64,000 nucleotides of DNA from assembly GCA_041322395.1 (NCBI GenBank), contig JBGLNQ010000001.1:2118961-2182960 (forward strand). The letters run 5' to 3'. The position numbers and the translations under genes are program-made. The notes below the pieces were generated by a model that was given only the letters and a program-made list of their open reading frames with translations, made no database searches and was not told where the DNA came from. This document shows positions 11,101-20,473 of this stretch, in pieces (the first letter of the stretch is position 1; every line of letters starts with the position of its first letter). Source of the stretch: Sedimentisphaerales bacterium. GTDB lineage: Bacteria > Planctomycetota > Phycisphaerae > Sedimentisphaerales > Anaerobacaceae.

Positions 11101-11991
11101 ATGAATATGGAACGTGAATATTTTAGTCGCAGGCAGGTTCTTGGGGCTGCTGCGGGGGTTGTTGCGGGGGTTTCGCTTGGGGCTGGATGCAAGTCGCCGC
11201 TTCGCAGGGACGGGTCGGCCAAGGGGTTTAAGATTGGAGTTTGCGATTGGACTATTGGTAAGAGGAGCAATCCGGGGTCGTTCGAGATGGCTAAGCGGAT
11301 TGGGCTCGATGGGGTCCAGGTCGATTTCGGCGGCGGGGATAAGGATTTGCAGTTGTTTGATAAAGAACTGCAAGCAAAGATACTTGCTGCGGCGGCCAAA
11401 CAAGAGATGGAGATAGCTTCTCTGGCGATGGGTAATTTGAATAACGTGCCCTACAAGAGCGACCCGCGGACCGAAGGCTGGGTCTCGCAGGCAATCGACG
11501 TTGCCAAGGCGATGGGGCAGAAAATTATACTAATGGCTTTCTTCGGCAACGGCGATTTGCGCAACGATCCCAAGGGAACCGACGAAGTCGTAAAACGCTT
11601 CAGGAAGGTCGCGCCGAAGGCTGAGGACGCCGGCGTGGCCTTGGGCATCGAATCGTGGCTCAGTGCCGAGGAGCATCTGGCGGTTATCGAGCAGGTCGGC
11701 TCGCCTGCGATTAAGGTTTATTACGATGTGGCCAATTCGAATAAGGCCGGCTACGATATTTACAAGGAGATCCGCCAACTCGGCAGGCATATATGCCAAT
11801 TCCACGCCAAGGACTACGACAACCTCTACGGCAGGGGCACTATCGCCTTCGAGGAGGTTCGTAAGGCGATGGACGATATTGGCTACCACGGGTGGCTTGT
11901 TATGGAAGGGACGGAGATGCCGTTGGGCGTCGAGGAAAGCTGCCGATACGATTGCGAGTATCTGCGGACAGTCTTTCCTCCGAAGGCATAG
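11101..11991 (+). CDS. sugar phosphate isomerase/epimerase (xylose-isomerase-like TIM barrel) with Tat-type signal
   Basis: SRRQVLGAAAGVVAG signal. TIM-barrel family features include GLDGVQV and WLVMEG. Confidence 0.8.
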   Translation: MNMEREYFSRRQVLGAAAGVVAGVSLGAGCKSPLRRDGSAKGFKIGVCDWTIGKRSNPGSFEMAKRIGLDGVQVDFGGGDKDLQLFDKELQAKILAAAAKQEMEIASLAMGNLNNVPYKSDPRTEGWVSQAIDVAKAMGQKIILMAFFGNGDLRNDPKGTDEVVKRFRKVAPKAEDAGVALGIESWLSAEEHLAVIEQVGSPAIKVYYDVANSNKAGYDIYKEIRQLGRHICQFHAKDYDNLYGRGTIAFEEVRKAMDDIGYHGWLVMEGTEMPLGVEESCRYDCEYLRTVFPPKA

Positions 11992-12015
11992 ACACAGCAA
12001 ATGGGCAATTAGAGT

Positions 12016-13302
12016 ATGAAAAATTATATGAAGGAATACAAAATGTCGCAAAAACAGACAGATTCAACCACCGTCAACAATTGCAATAACTTAAGTCGTC
12101 GCGGTTTCATGGCAGGCGCCGGCGCCGCCGCGCTTTCGTTCACCATCGCCGACCCGGCAGCCGTGCGGACATACGCCGCCAATAGCAAGGTTAATCTCGG
12201 CGTAATCGGCTGCGGCGGAAGAGGAACCTGGATAACGGGCCTCTTCAACGAGCACGGCGGATACAACATCGCCGCCGCCGCCGATTATTTCAAAGACAGA
12301 GCCGACGATTGCGGCGGCAAATTCAACGTCCCCGAATCCCAACGCTATACGGGCCTCTACGGATACAGAAAAATGTTCGACAAGGTCGATGCCGTCGCTA
12401 TCGAAAGCCCGCCATACTTTCATCCCCAGCAGGCCGCCGATGCAGTCGCCGCAGGAAAACACGCCTACGTTGCCAAGCCCATCGCCGTCGATGTCCCCGG
12501 CTGCCTGAGCATAGGCGCCGGCGGCAAAGAAGCAACCGCCAAGAAGCTCTGCTTCCTCGTGGATTTCCAAACCCGCTCCGATCCGTTTTATATGGAGGCC
12601 TTGAAACGCGTTAAAGCCGGCGCCATCGGCGAATTCGTCTTCGGCGAAGCGATCTACCACGCCAGCTGCCCGTTCGGCAGAATGTACGATACATGGCGCA
12701 AGGATCCGACCGATTCCGAAAACCGCCTGCGAGCGTGGGGCCTGGACAACATACTCTCCGGCGACATAATCACCGAGCAGAACATCCACACCCTCGACGT
12801 AATGAACTGGATAATGGGCACGGAACCCCTCTGGGCGGCAGGCACAGGCGGCAGAACAATCCGCCCCCTCGGAACCTGCTGGGACCATTTCGCCCTCGTC
12901 TTCCAATACCCCGGCAATGTCGGAATCACATTTAGTTCAAAGCAGTTCAACGGCCACGGAACTCAGCCCGACGGAATCCGCAACAGGATGTTCGGCACAA
13001 AGGGAGTCCTCGAAACCCAGTACGGCGGGCAGGTTATCATCAGAGGAGAAAGCGAGACATTCTACAGAGGCGGCAAAAGCCCCGCAATCTACAAAGACGG
13101 AGTAATAGCAAACATCGCAACCTTCCACGAGTCCATCGCCCAGGGAAACTACGAAAACCCGACAGTCCCCGAAAGCGTAAGAAGCAACCTGATAACAATC
13201 TTAGGCCGAACCGCTGCATACACGCAGGAAAAAGTAACCTGGAAAGAAATACTAAACAAAAACGAAAAACTCGACCCAAACCTGAAAGGCCTGAAGGCGT
13301 AA
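12016..13302 (+). CDS. Gfo/Idh/MocA family oxidoreductase with Tat-type signal
   Basis: SRRGFMAGAGAAAL signal and Rossmann motif VNLGVIGCGGRG. The start could also be ATG 12043. Confidence 0.85.
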   Translation: MKNYMKEYKMSQKQTDSTTVNNCNNLSRRGFMAGAGAAALSFTIADPAAVRTYAANSKVNLGVIGCGGRGTWITGLFNEHGGYNIAAAADYFKDRADDCGGKFNVPESQRYTGLYGYRKMFDKVDAVAIESPPYFHPQQAADAVAAGKHAYVAKPIAVDVPGCLSIGAGGKEATAKKLCFLVDFQTRSDPFYMEALKRVKAGAIGEFVFGEAIYHASCPFGRMYDTWRKDPTDSENRLRAWGLDNILSGDIITEQNIHTLDVMNWIMGTEPLWAAGTGGRTIRPLGTCWDHFALVFQYPGNVGITFSSKQFNGHGTQPDGIRNRMFGTKGVLETQYGGQVIIRGESETFYRGGKSPAIYKDGVIANIATFHESIAQGNYENPTVPESVRSNLITILGRTAAYTQEKVTWKEILNKNEKLDPNLKGLKA

Positions 13303-13327
13303 ACGCCACAGGTGTGCAACGCGTATT

Positions 13328-13352
13328 GTCATTCCCGCGAAAGCGGGAATCC
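13328..13352. repeat. GTCATTCCCGCGAAAGCGGGAATCC hairpin repeat (family A)
   Basis: Exact palindromic stem CCCGC/GCGGG. Other copies lie at 25601-25664, 32575-32599, 47365-47430 and 53061-53124. Confidence 0.85.
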
Positions 13353-13449
13353 AGACACACGGCTATGAGGTTTTGTTAGAGCCTCTAATGGTATATCGAC
13401 AATATAGCGGATATCGACTGAACATCCCCCGCATCGGATATTGAATTTA

Positions 13450-14664
13450 TCAACAACTTTTGGTTTTTATCTTGGTCTCGGTCGGGCTGATAAGCTTGTA
13501 TTTTATTCCCCGCCACGAGAGCGTTCGCCCGAAAGCCGAGGAAAGTATCAGGCCGAATAGCAGGGGAGACCATATCCAAGAGAAGTATATATCCGCAATG
13601 CGAGCGAATTTCATATTCGCGCGATCCTTTTCGAGCACTTTGCCGATCATATTCTGCCGAATTACCGCTCTTGCAGCCTGGCAGAGGAGAAACACAATCG
13701 GCACGGCTATGAATAGCGGCAGGTTCTCGTCTTCGATTGCCGCGGCATAGACAGCAGCCGGAGCCGTGGCCCAAAAACAAAACGCCGAATACAGAGCTGC
13801 GCCAAATCCGAATATCCAGGTCCGGGGCCTATACACGCGCGTAATCAGGAATTGCCTCCTGGCGAACTCGAAAAGTTTAGGCCAGCTCGTCGATTCGTAG
13901 GAAGCGACAAGGCAGGCGGGAACGAACGCGAGTTTCATCCCGGCTTTCTTCACCGCGTATGTCAGCGAGAGGTCGTCGCTGAGAACCCGGGGCCACATCT
14001 TGTCGAGCCCGACCTTGCGAAATACATCCACGCGAATCGCCATCGAGCCTCCCCACGCCTGATTGAAGCGTGTGTTGCCGAGTTGCTGCGCGACTCTGGC
14101 GTTCAGAGCCGAAAGAGCCAGGGTGGCGATGTTGTTCTTCCTGGGTATGAACCATCTGTAGCCGGTTGCCGCGCCGTAGCGGTAGTTTCTCAAAGGCCAT
14201 ATCAGATGCCGGATCCAGTCGCTCTTGATGCAGATATCCGAGTCGGCGAATGCGAGAATCTCGACGTCGGGGTCGATTCGATTGTATGCGTAAAGCAGGT
14301 TGTGGATCTTCTGGCTGCAGGATTGTGCCAGGCCCGAGACGAGTATTCGCACATCGATTGCCCTCGATGTTTCAGCGAGTCGGTTTTTGAGCTTACAAAG
14401 TTCGCCATAGGCAGGGTCGGACTCCTCGCCGACCACGAACCATAACAGGTAGTTATCGTAATCCTGGCTGAAAAGCGAGGCAATATTCTTCTCGAAATCC
14501 GAATCAATGCCCTTGCAGGGCACTATGAGCAGGACGCGTTCGGCCTGCCCAAGCCGCTGTTTCTTGTACTTCGAGAGCACATAGCGGTAGTTGCGAAAGG
14601 CCTGAATGAGAGCGAGAAACTGCGAGATGATAACCAATATCGCTATATAGTAGTACCATAGCAT
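13450..14664 (-). CDS. family 2 glycosyltransferase (ceramide-glucosyltransferase-like), membrane-anchored
   Basis: N-terminal TM segment, LLIVPCKGIDSDFEKNI, FADSDI (DxD) and multiple C-terminal TM segments. Confidence 0.8.
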   Translation of the reverse strand: MLWYYYIAILVIISQFLALIQAFRNYRYVLSKYKKQRLGQAERVLLIVPCKGIDSDFEKNIASLFSQDYDNYLLWFVVGEESDPAYGELCKLKNRLAETSRAIDVRILVSGLAQSCSQKIHNLLYAYNRIDPDVEILAFADSDICIKSDWIRHLIWPLRNYRYGAATGYRWFIPRKNNIATLALSALNARVAQQLGNTRFNQAWGGSMAIRVDVFRKVGLDKMWPRVLSDDLSLTYAVKKAGMKLAFVPACLVASYESTSWPKLFEFARRQFLITRVYRPRTWIFGFGAALYSAFCFWATAPAAVYAAAIEDENLPLFIAVPIVFLLCQAARAVIRQNMIGKVLEKDRANMKFARIADIYFSWIWSPLLFGLILSSAFGRTLSWRGIKYKLISPTETKIKTKSC

Positions 14665-14793
14665 CCAGCCGAATTCCTTTGCAATTCGTTATTATCTTCG
14701 TCAGCGAGCCGCGAAATCGACAAACTAAACCTATTGCACTTTCCGCGGCAAAGTCTTAATACCGCTGCATTTATAACTTGGCGACGCGAGGCT

Positions 14794-14972
14794 GTGAACT
14801 TAGCCCGGCTTAGCCGGGAGCTTGGTTTTTACGCCACTAAGCCCCGACCGTAAGGGAGGGGGTATATCCCGGCGCTTACGCTTCGGGCTTGTTGTTCATC
14901 CCGGTCGCTTACGCCTGTCCCTTGGGGACTCCCGGCTCTTCTGCCTTCTGTCTTCTTTGTGCCTTCATGGCC
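14794..14972. repeat. cluster of dispersed word repeats (AAGCCCCGACCGTAAG, CATCCCGGCGCTTACGCTTCGGG, CTTTGTGCCTTCATGGC)
   Basis: The same words recur at 52781-52860 and, for the last word, at 27454-27476, 37065-37103 and 52951-53200. Confidence 0.7.
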
Positions 14973-15111
14973 AATACAAATTCCTATACTCTCAAGTTAT
15001 GGAGGCGAGGTGGACTACGGAATCGGCCAACTCCCGGATGGTGTATGATTTCGCCAGGTCAATTGGGAGTATGCAGCCATGATTGTGGTCGCAAAAGCAG
15101 AGTTTGCCCAG

Positions 15112-15345
15112 TCATACACTTCCGGTGTGGGTATTGGCTCGAAGCCGACCAAGTTCACTCTCGTCGATTCTTGCATTCAGTTCCTTTCGCCACTGCTCCG
15201 GAATAATTGTCATCCAGTAATGCCTTGAGACCGCCTTGCTGATAATGTTCGAAATAGTGCCGGGACGTTTATCACGCAAGGAACGATGAAACTTTTCAAG
15301 TTCAGCTATTTCTTCTTTCGACGACGTGTAATCCTTCATATACAC
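15112..15345 (-). CDS. small hypothetical ORF, possibly a fragment of an HTH/RHH protein
   Basis: 77-aa ORF in a lower-GC spacer. No family recognised. Confidence 0.25.
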   Translation of the reverse strand: MYMKDYTSSKEEIAELEKFHRSLRDKRPGTISNIISKAVSRHYWMTIIPEQWRKELNARIDESELGRLRANTHTGSV

Positions 15346-15530
15346 TGTTTATCGGACATAAGGTGCTTTCTGATTGAAAAATACGGGATTCTTCAATCGA
15401 GAGCAGTATATTCTTCGTGGGAACGGTTTCGAGAGGAAAAGGCTTTGCGGCCTCGGCGGTTAATGAGAAGTGTGGGCTAAGCCGCCCATTGCCCGTTTGG
15501 CGGGCGGGGGGGGGGAAAAATTCATTTTTC

Positions 15531-15559
15531 TTGACAGCCGTTCGGCCGCTTTGTATTTA
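15531..15559 (+). promoter_or_regulatory. sigma70-like promoter candidate for topA (TTGACA-N17-TATTTA)
   Basis: A consensus -35 element is preceded by an A/T tract and a run of about 11 G residues. Confidence 0.45.
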
Positions 15560-15673
15560 GCCAATTCTAAATATTATCGGGTAAATGGCCGATAGCAACG
15601 ACAACGCTTATAGAAAATGTATAGGTTCCCGGCTGCGCCAGGGATCAAATACTTAAGGGAAAAGTCCTATATT

Positions 15674-18091
15674 ATGGCGAAATCAGCTTCTTCAACCGGC
15701 AAATCATTGGTAATTGTGGAGTCCTACGCAAAGGCCAAGACTATAAACAGATACCTCGGCTCCGCCTTTGAGGTCAAGGCGTCGATAGGCCATGTTCGGG
15801 ATTTGCCGTCGAAAGGCCTCAACGTCGATATAGATAACGATTTCGAGCCGACCTACGATATCATGCCGGGCAAGGGCCGGATCGTTACAGACCTCAAGGC
15901 CTCTGCCAGGAAATGCGACAAACTATATCTCGCAACTGACCTCGACCGTGAGGGCGAGGCGATTGCCTGGCATCTCGCTGAGCTGCTCGGTGTTCCCCCA
16001 GATCGCACGTTCAGAGTAGTATTCAACGCGATCACCAGTTCAGCCATAAAAGAAGCCTTTGCCAAACCGGGCAAAGTGAATATGGACAAGGTAATGGCCC
16101 AGCAGGCTCGGAGGATACTCGATAGGATCGTAGGCTATCAAATAAGCCCGCTGCTGTGGAAGAAAGTTACGCGGGGCCTCTCGGCCGGCCGAGTGCAGTC
16201 GGTCGCCGTCAAGATCATTGTCGAGAAAGAGAGGGAGATTCGAGCCTTCCAGCCGGTCGAATACTGGTTGATCCCCGCTGTATTCACCACCGACCTGGAA
16301 GCAAACTACAGCGCCGAATGGCTCGAATTCATAACGCCGAAAACCGAGGATGAGAATCCGCCGACGCTGGCCGAGCAGTATAAATGGCTCGCCCAGCGCA
16401 GCGCCTTCAAGGCGGAGTTGCAAAAGATAGCCGGCGAAAAATTCGAGGCGTCCAACGCCGAACAGGGCGAACGCATATTCGGCGCGATAAAAGAAGCGCA
16501 GTTCAAAATCGCCGAGATTGAGACCAAGAAATCATATTCTCGTCCGTCGCCGCCGTTCATCACTTCGACTCTTCAGCAGGTAGCGGCCAATCGCCTCGGC
16601 TTTACGACCAAGCGGACTATGAGGGTTGCTCAGCAGTTGTACGAGGGCATCGACCTCGGCTCGATGGGCTCACTCGGTCTTATCACTTATATGAGAACCG
16701 ACAGCACGCACATCTCGCCCGAAGCCGTCAAGGATGTCCGCAACTATATCGGCAAGCACCTCGGCGTCGAGTACCTGCCCGAAAAACCCAACATATACGC
16801 CGCCAAGAAGAGCGCCCAGCAGGCCCACGAGGGCGTCCGCCCCACCGACGTTGACCTTACGCCTTCCGACATCAAGTCGTTTCTAAACGGCGAGCAATTC
16901 AAGCTGTACGACCTTATCTGGCGGCGGTTCGTAGCGTCGGCGATGAAGCCTGCACAGTGGGACGTGACGAATTTGCAGATAGCCGCCGAGACGCTTCTCG
17001 GCCAATGCGTTTATAAAGCCGCCGGGCGAGTGCTCGTCTTCGACGGATATACGAGAATATGGCAGACCGGCTCGAACGGACAGCAGTTGCCCGCCGTCGC
17101 AGCCGGACAAGACCTCGCCGCCGTCGATATCAAGGCCGAGCAGCAATTCACCAAGCCGCCGGCCAGATATACCGAAGGTTCGCTCGTAAAGGCGCTCGAA
17201 AAAGAAGGCATCGGCCGTCCGAGCACTTATGCTTCGATTATCAGCACTATACAGGACAGAGGATACGTCGAGCAGCAGGACAAGAAATTCTTCGCCAGCG
17301 ACCTCGGCGAGATAGTTACCGATAAGCTCGTCGAGTTCTTCCCGAAGATAATGGACGTCGCCTTCACCAGATATATGGAGGAGCAGCTCGATAAAATTGA
17401 GGAGCAGCATCTGGACTGGGTCGGCGTTCTGAAAGATTTTTACGGTCCTTTCCAGGAGAACCTCGAAACCGCACTGGCGGAGATGAAACACGCAAAGGCC
17501 GAGGTCACTCCAAGCGAATATACATGCCCCAAATGCGAAAAGCCGATGGTCTATCGGTTCGGCAAGAACGGAAAGTTCCTGAGCTGCTCGGCATATCCCG
17601 ATTGCAAATTCGCCTGCCCATGCGATAAGGAGGGCAATATGCCCGAAGAGAAGGTCAGCAGTCACAAGTGTCCCGTCTGCGAAAAGCCGATGCTCGAAAA
17701 GAACGGACGATTCGGGCCATTCCTCGGCTGCAGCGACTACCCTAACTGCAAAGGAATCCTCAGCCTGGACAAGGATGGAAACGTCCTGCCTCCCAAACCC
17801 CCGCCCGAGCCAACCGGAATAAAGTGCTACAAATGCAAAGACGGCGAACTCGTTATTCGGCAAAGCAAAAAAGGCCCGTTCATGGGCTGCGGCAGATTTC
17901 CTAAGTGCAGAACGATCATTAGCATCAAGCAGCTCGACCACCTCAAGGAGCTTCAGGAGGCGGGCAAGTGGCCGCCCGAAACATGGGAAGAGGCCGACGA
18001 ATTGCTCGGAAGGAAAAAGGCGAAGAAGGTCAAAAAGAAGACCAAGAAGAAAACCAAAAAGGCCAAAAAGACCGCAAAGGCGGCGACCTGA
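15674..18091 (+). CDS. topA: DNA topoisomerase I
   Basis: Toprim start KSLVIVESYAKAKTINRYLG, four C-terminal Cys4 zinc ribbons and a Lys-rich tail. The start is set at ATG 15674 rather than the track's 15617. Confidence 0.95.
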   Translation: MAKSASSTGKSLVIVESYAKAKTINRYLGSAFEVKASIGHVRDLPSKGLNVDIDNDFEPTYDIMPGKGRIVTDLKASARKCDKLYLATDLDREGEAIAWHLAELLGVPPDRTFRVVFNAITSSAIKEAFAKPGKVNMDKVMAQQARRILDRIVGYQISPLLWKKVTRGLSAGRVQSVAVKIIVEKEREIRAFQPVEYWLIPAVFTTDLEANYSAEWLEFITPKTEDENPPTLAEQYKWLAQRSAFKAELQKIAGEKFEASNAEQGERIFGAIKEAQFKIAEIETKKSYSRPSPPFITSTLQQVAANRLGFTTKRTMRVAQQLYEGIDLGSMGSLGLITYMRTDSTHISPEAVKDVRNYIGKHLGVEYLPEKPNIYAAKKSAQQAHEGVRPTDVDLTPSDIKSFLNGEQFKLYDLIWRRFVASAMKPAQWDVTNLQIAAETLLGQCVYKAAGRVLVFDGYTRIWQTGSNGQQLPAVAAGQDLAAVDIKAEQQFTKPPARYTEGSLVKALEKEGIGRPSTYASIISTIQDRGYVEQQDKKFFASDLGEIVTDKLVEFFPKIMDVAFTRYMEEQLDKIEEQHLDWVGVLKDFYGPFQENLETALAEMKHAKAEVTPSEYTCPKCEKPMVYRFGKNGKFLSCSAYPDCKFACPCDKEGNMPEEKVSSHKCPVCEKPMLEKNGRFGPFLGCSDYPNCKGILSLDKDGNVLPPKPPPEPTGIKCYKCKDGELVIRQSKKGPFMGCGRFPKCRTIISIKQLDHLKELQEAGKWPPETWEEADELLGRKKAKKVKKKTKKKTKKAKKTAKAAT

Positions 18092-18313
18092 TGCGGCAAT
18101 TGGCCCGGCGAGGCGGGATTGCGTTTGGGGCATTGCAGCCCTTGCTGGGAACTGCCGCCCGTTGTCTATAAGTTCTTACAATACAACAACTTCTGCGTTC
18201 TCAGCGTACTCGGCGGTGAGAAATACGGGTTAGTATCCCAGCGGATATAATCCGTCGAATCCCCCCCTCCCCCGGTCCGAAACCGCCGATTTGCCTTAAA
18301 TTTCTTTTTTTTC

Positions 18314-18342
18314 TTGAAATGGCGGCCAAATATTGATATACT
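18314..18342 (+). promoter_or_regulatory. sigma70-like promoter candidate (TTGAAA-N17-TATACT)
   Basis: Motif match about 160 nt upstream of the pilin-like gene, preceded by a T-tract and C-runs. Confidence 0.45.
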
Positions 18343-18503
18343 ATCGGCAGTCTAATGTGTTTAAGACACATAAGACAATAGCCGCCACCGGAGGGCGCCA
18401 TGTGGGGTAATTTCCTTGCTTGTTGATTGTGTGGTTGAAGCACAAGTACTAGTCGGCAGGATGGATCCTTTTTGCAGACCTTAGAAGATAAAAGGTGAAT
18501 AAT

Positions 18504-18902
18504 ATGAAGGGTTTTACCCTTGTCGAATTGATGGTGGTGATTCTGATAATTGCAATTCTTGCAGCGGCGGCGATACCGCTATTTCGCGGAAGTGTCGATT
18601 CGGCCAAGTGGTCGGAAGGAAAAGCCACTATGGGCACTATTGCCACTGCGTTGCGCATCTATATGGCCATCGAGCGGGAAGGCTTCGAAGCCGTCCCAAC
18701 ACTCGAAAAACTCGGTGTCGCCCCGTGGGTTCTCGACGGCACCTATTTCAAAGGCGGCGATTCGAGCGTCGGCGATTTTTCATGGGTCATAACCAGTTAC
18801 GACCCTATCGAATATGTCATCACGGCGAAGGCGCCGACCGGGGTTAAAAGCCCAAGCGAAATTACCCTCAACGCTTCCGGCAAATGGGCTATAACTCCCT
18901 GA
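18504..18902 (+). CDS. prepilin-type N-terminal cleavage/methylation domain protein (type IV pilin / T2SS pseudopilin-like)
   Basis: MKGFTLVELMVVILIIAILAAAAIP. AAGGTG lies 6 nt before ATG 18504. Confidence 0.85.
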   Translation: MKGFTLVELMVVILIIAILAAAAIPLFRGSVDSAKWSEGKATMGTIATALRIYMAIEREGFEAVPTLEKLGVAPWVLDGTYFKGGDSSVGDFSWVITSYDPIEYVITAKAPTGVKSPSEITLNASGKWAITP

Positions 18903-18970
18903 GAAGAGTATCCGGACCGCGGCTGGAAATTCCAGTAAGCCGGCAGCCGGCCCGCATTCGCACATAATAA

Positions 18971-18999
18971 TTGACAAAGCCCCCCCCAGCCCTTAGACT
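18971..18999 (+). promoter_or_regulatory. sigma70-like promoter candidate (TTGACA-N17-TAGACT) with a C8 run in the spacer
   Basis: Motif match 94 nt upstream of the DUF39 gene. Confidence 0.45.
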
Positions 19000-19092
19000 G
19001 CGCCCGATGTGCATTATGCAATAAGCATTTAATAAGGCGGTAAAGTCGAAAGAAAAAGGCCCGATTACACGACCTCTGGAATGGAATGACCT

Positions 19093-20442
19093 ATGAAAAC
19101 ATACGAACAAATCAACAAGCGCATAGAATCAGGCAAGGCCGTCGTCCTCACAGCCGATGAGATAATGGATTACGTCGATAAGAAAGGCCTGGCCGCAGCG
19201 GCGGAAGAAGTCGATGTTGTCACTACCGCGACATTCGGGCCGATGTGTTCATCGGGATGCACGCTGAACTTCGGACATTCAAAACCCAAGATTCGAATGT
19301 CCGAAGCATGGGTGCAGGACGTCCTTGTCTATACGGGGCTGGCGGCGGTGGATGTCTATCTGGGGGCAACGCAACTTCGCCACAACGACCCGGCCAATAT
19401 GGACCATCCCGGAGAATTCAAATACGGAGGAGCGCATGTTATGGAGGACCTCGTAGCGGGAAGAACCCTCCAGCTTTTCGCCCTTTCATACGGAACCGAT
19501 TGCTACCCCCTTCGCGAGATCAGAACATACTTCACAATCGACGATTTGAATCAGGCCACGATGCTCAACCCCCGCAACTGCTACCAGAACTACAACGTTG
19601 CCGTCAACGATTCGGATAAGACGATTTACACCTATATGGGAACCCTTGAGCCGGGGCGTAAGAATGCGAACTATTGCTCGGCAGGCCAACTCTCACCGCT
19701 GCTGAACGACCCATTCTATGAAACCATCGGAGTCGGGACCAGAATCTGGATGGCCGGAGCAAAGGGAATCGTTTACGCGGAAGGAACCCAGCACGCAGGC
19801 GGAGGGGCCAGAACGCCCGGAGGAATACCAAAAGGGGGAGCCGGAACCCTGGCGTTGACGGCGGATATGAAACAGATGATCCCCGAATTCGTCAGGGGCG
19901 TCAGCCTCCGCGGATACGGAGTCTCGCTGGCGATCGGGGTGGGAATACCAATCCCGATATTGAACGAAGACGTGCTGAAACGAACCTGCGTAAGAGACCG
20001 GGACATTCTCGCTCCGGTCGTTGACTACAGTTACCACTATCCGCAGAATACCGGCAAGATAATAGATTTCGTCAGCTACGAACAGTTGCGCAGTGGCGTG
20101 ATCGAGGTGGAAGGCAAGGAAATAGCGGTCGGCTCGCTCTCGTCGTACTACAAGGCGCTGAAAATCGCCAATTTATTGGCCGACGAGATCAGACGAGGCG
20201 ATTTCAGACTCGCAGAACCGGTCGCTTATCTTCCCAAAGACACTAAAATGAACGGCAAGAGCGTGTTGCGCGACGAGGAAAGCTGCACGCACTGCGGCCA
20301 CTGCATTGCCCACTGCCCGACAGGCGCTTTGCATATCCCCGATAAGGCGACGCGGGAAGTGCTCTTTAACGAGGCCGACTGCATCGAGTGCCTGGCGTGT
20401 ATTCGCGTTTGCCCGTCCGGTGCATGCACCTCGGCGTTTTGA
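19093..20442 (+). CDS. DUF39/COG1900 homocysteine-biosynthesis-type protein fused to a 2x[4Fe-4S] ferredoxin domain
   Basis: The N-terminus VVLTADEIMDYV...VDVVTTATFGPM is typical of COG1900. The C-terminus carries CTHCGHCIAHCP and CIECLACIRVCP. Confidence 0.8.
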   Translation: MKTYEQINKRIESGKAVVLTADEIMDYVDKKGLAAAAEEVDVVTTATFGPMCSSGCTLNFGHSKPKIRMSEAWVQDVLVYTGLAAVDVYLGATQLRHNDPANMDHPGEFKYGGAHVMEDLVAGRTLQLFALSYGTDCYPLREIRTYFTIDDLNQATMLNPRNCYQNYNVAVNDSDKTIYTYMGTLEPGRKNANYCSAGQLSPLLNDPFYETIGVGTRIWMAGAKGIVYAEGTQHAGGGARTPGGIPKGGAGTLALTADMKQMIPEFVRGVSLRGYGVSLAIGVGIPIPILNEDVLKRTCVRDRDILAPVVDYSYHYPQNTGKIIDFVSYEQLRSGVIEVEGKEIAVGSLSSYYKALKIANLLADEIRRGDFRLAEPVAYLPKDTKMNGKSVLRDEESCTHCGHCIAHCPTGALHIPDKATREVLFNEADCIECLACIRVCPSGACTSAF

Positions 20443-20473
20443 TAAGTATTACGGGTCCCGGTCGGATGTCCAA

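Noticed and set aside
16883-18133. A long antisense ORF (416 aa) inside topA. Similar long ORFs lie opposite or out of frame to real genes: 12091-12906, 24577-25191, 53887-54726, 55679-56407, 57309-58100, 58203-58958, 32639-33340, 2411-3184, 40360-41112 and others.
   Set aside because: These are typical shadow ORFs in moderately GC-rich coding DNA. They have Arg/Pro/Gly-rich low-complexity translations, and each overlaps a gene with clear family motifs.
18903-19092. The leader of the DUF39 (homocysteine-type) gene examined for a SAM-type riboswitch.
   Set aside because: I only see small AT-rich hairpins (TGCATTATGCA, ATGCAATAAGCAT). I cannot match any SAM-I/II/V or SAM-SAH consensus from memory. 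An Infernal scan is needed before any claim.
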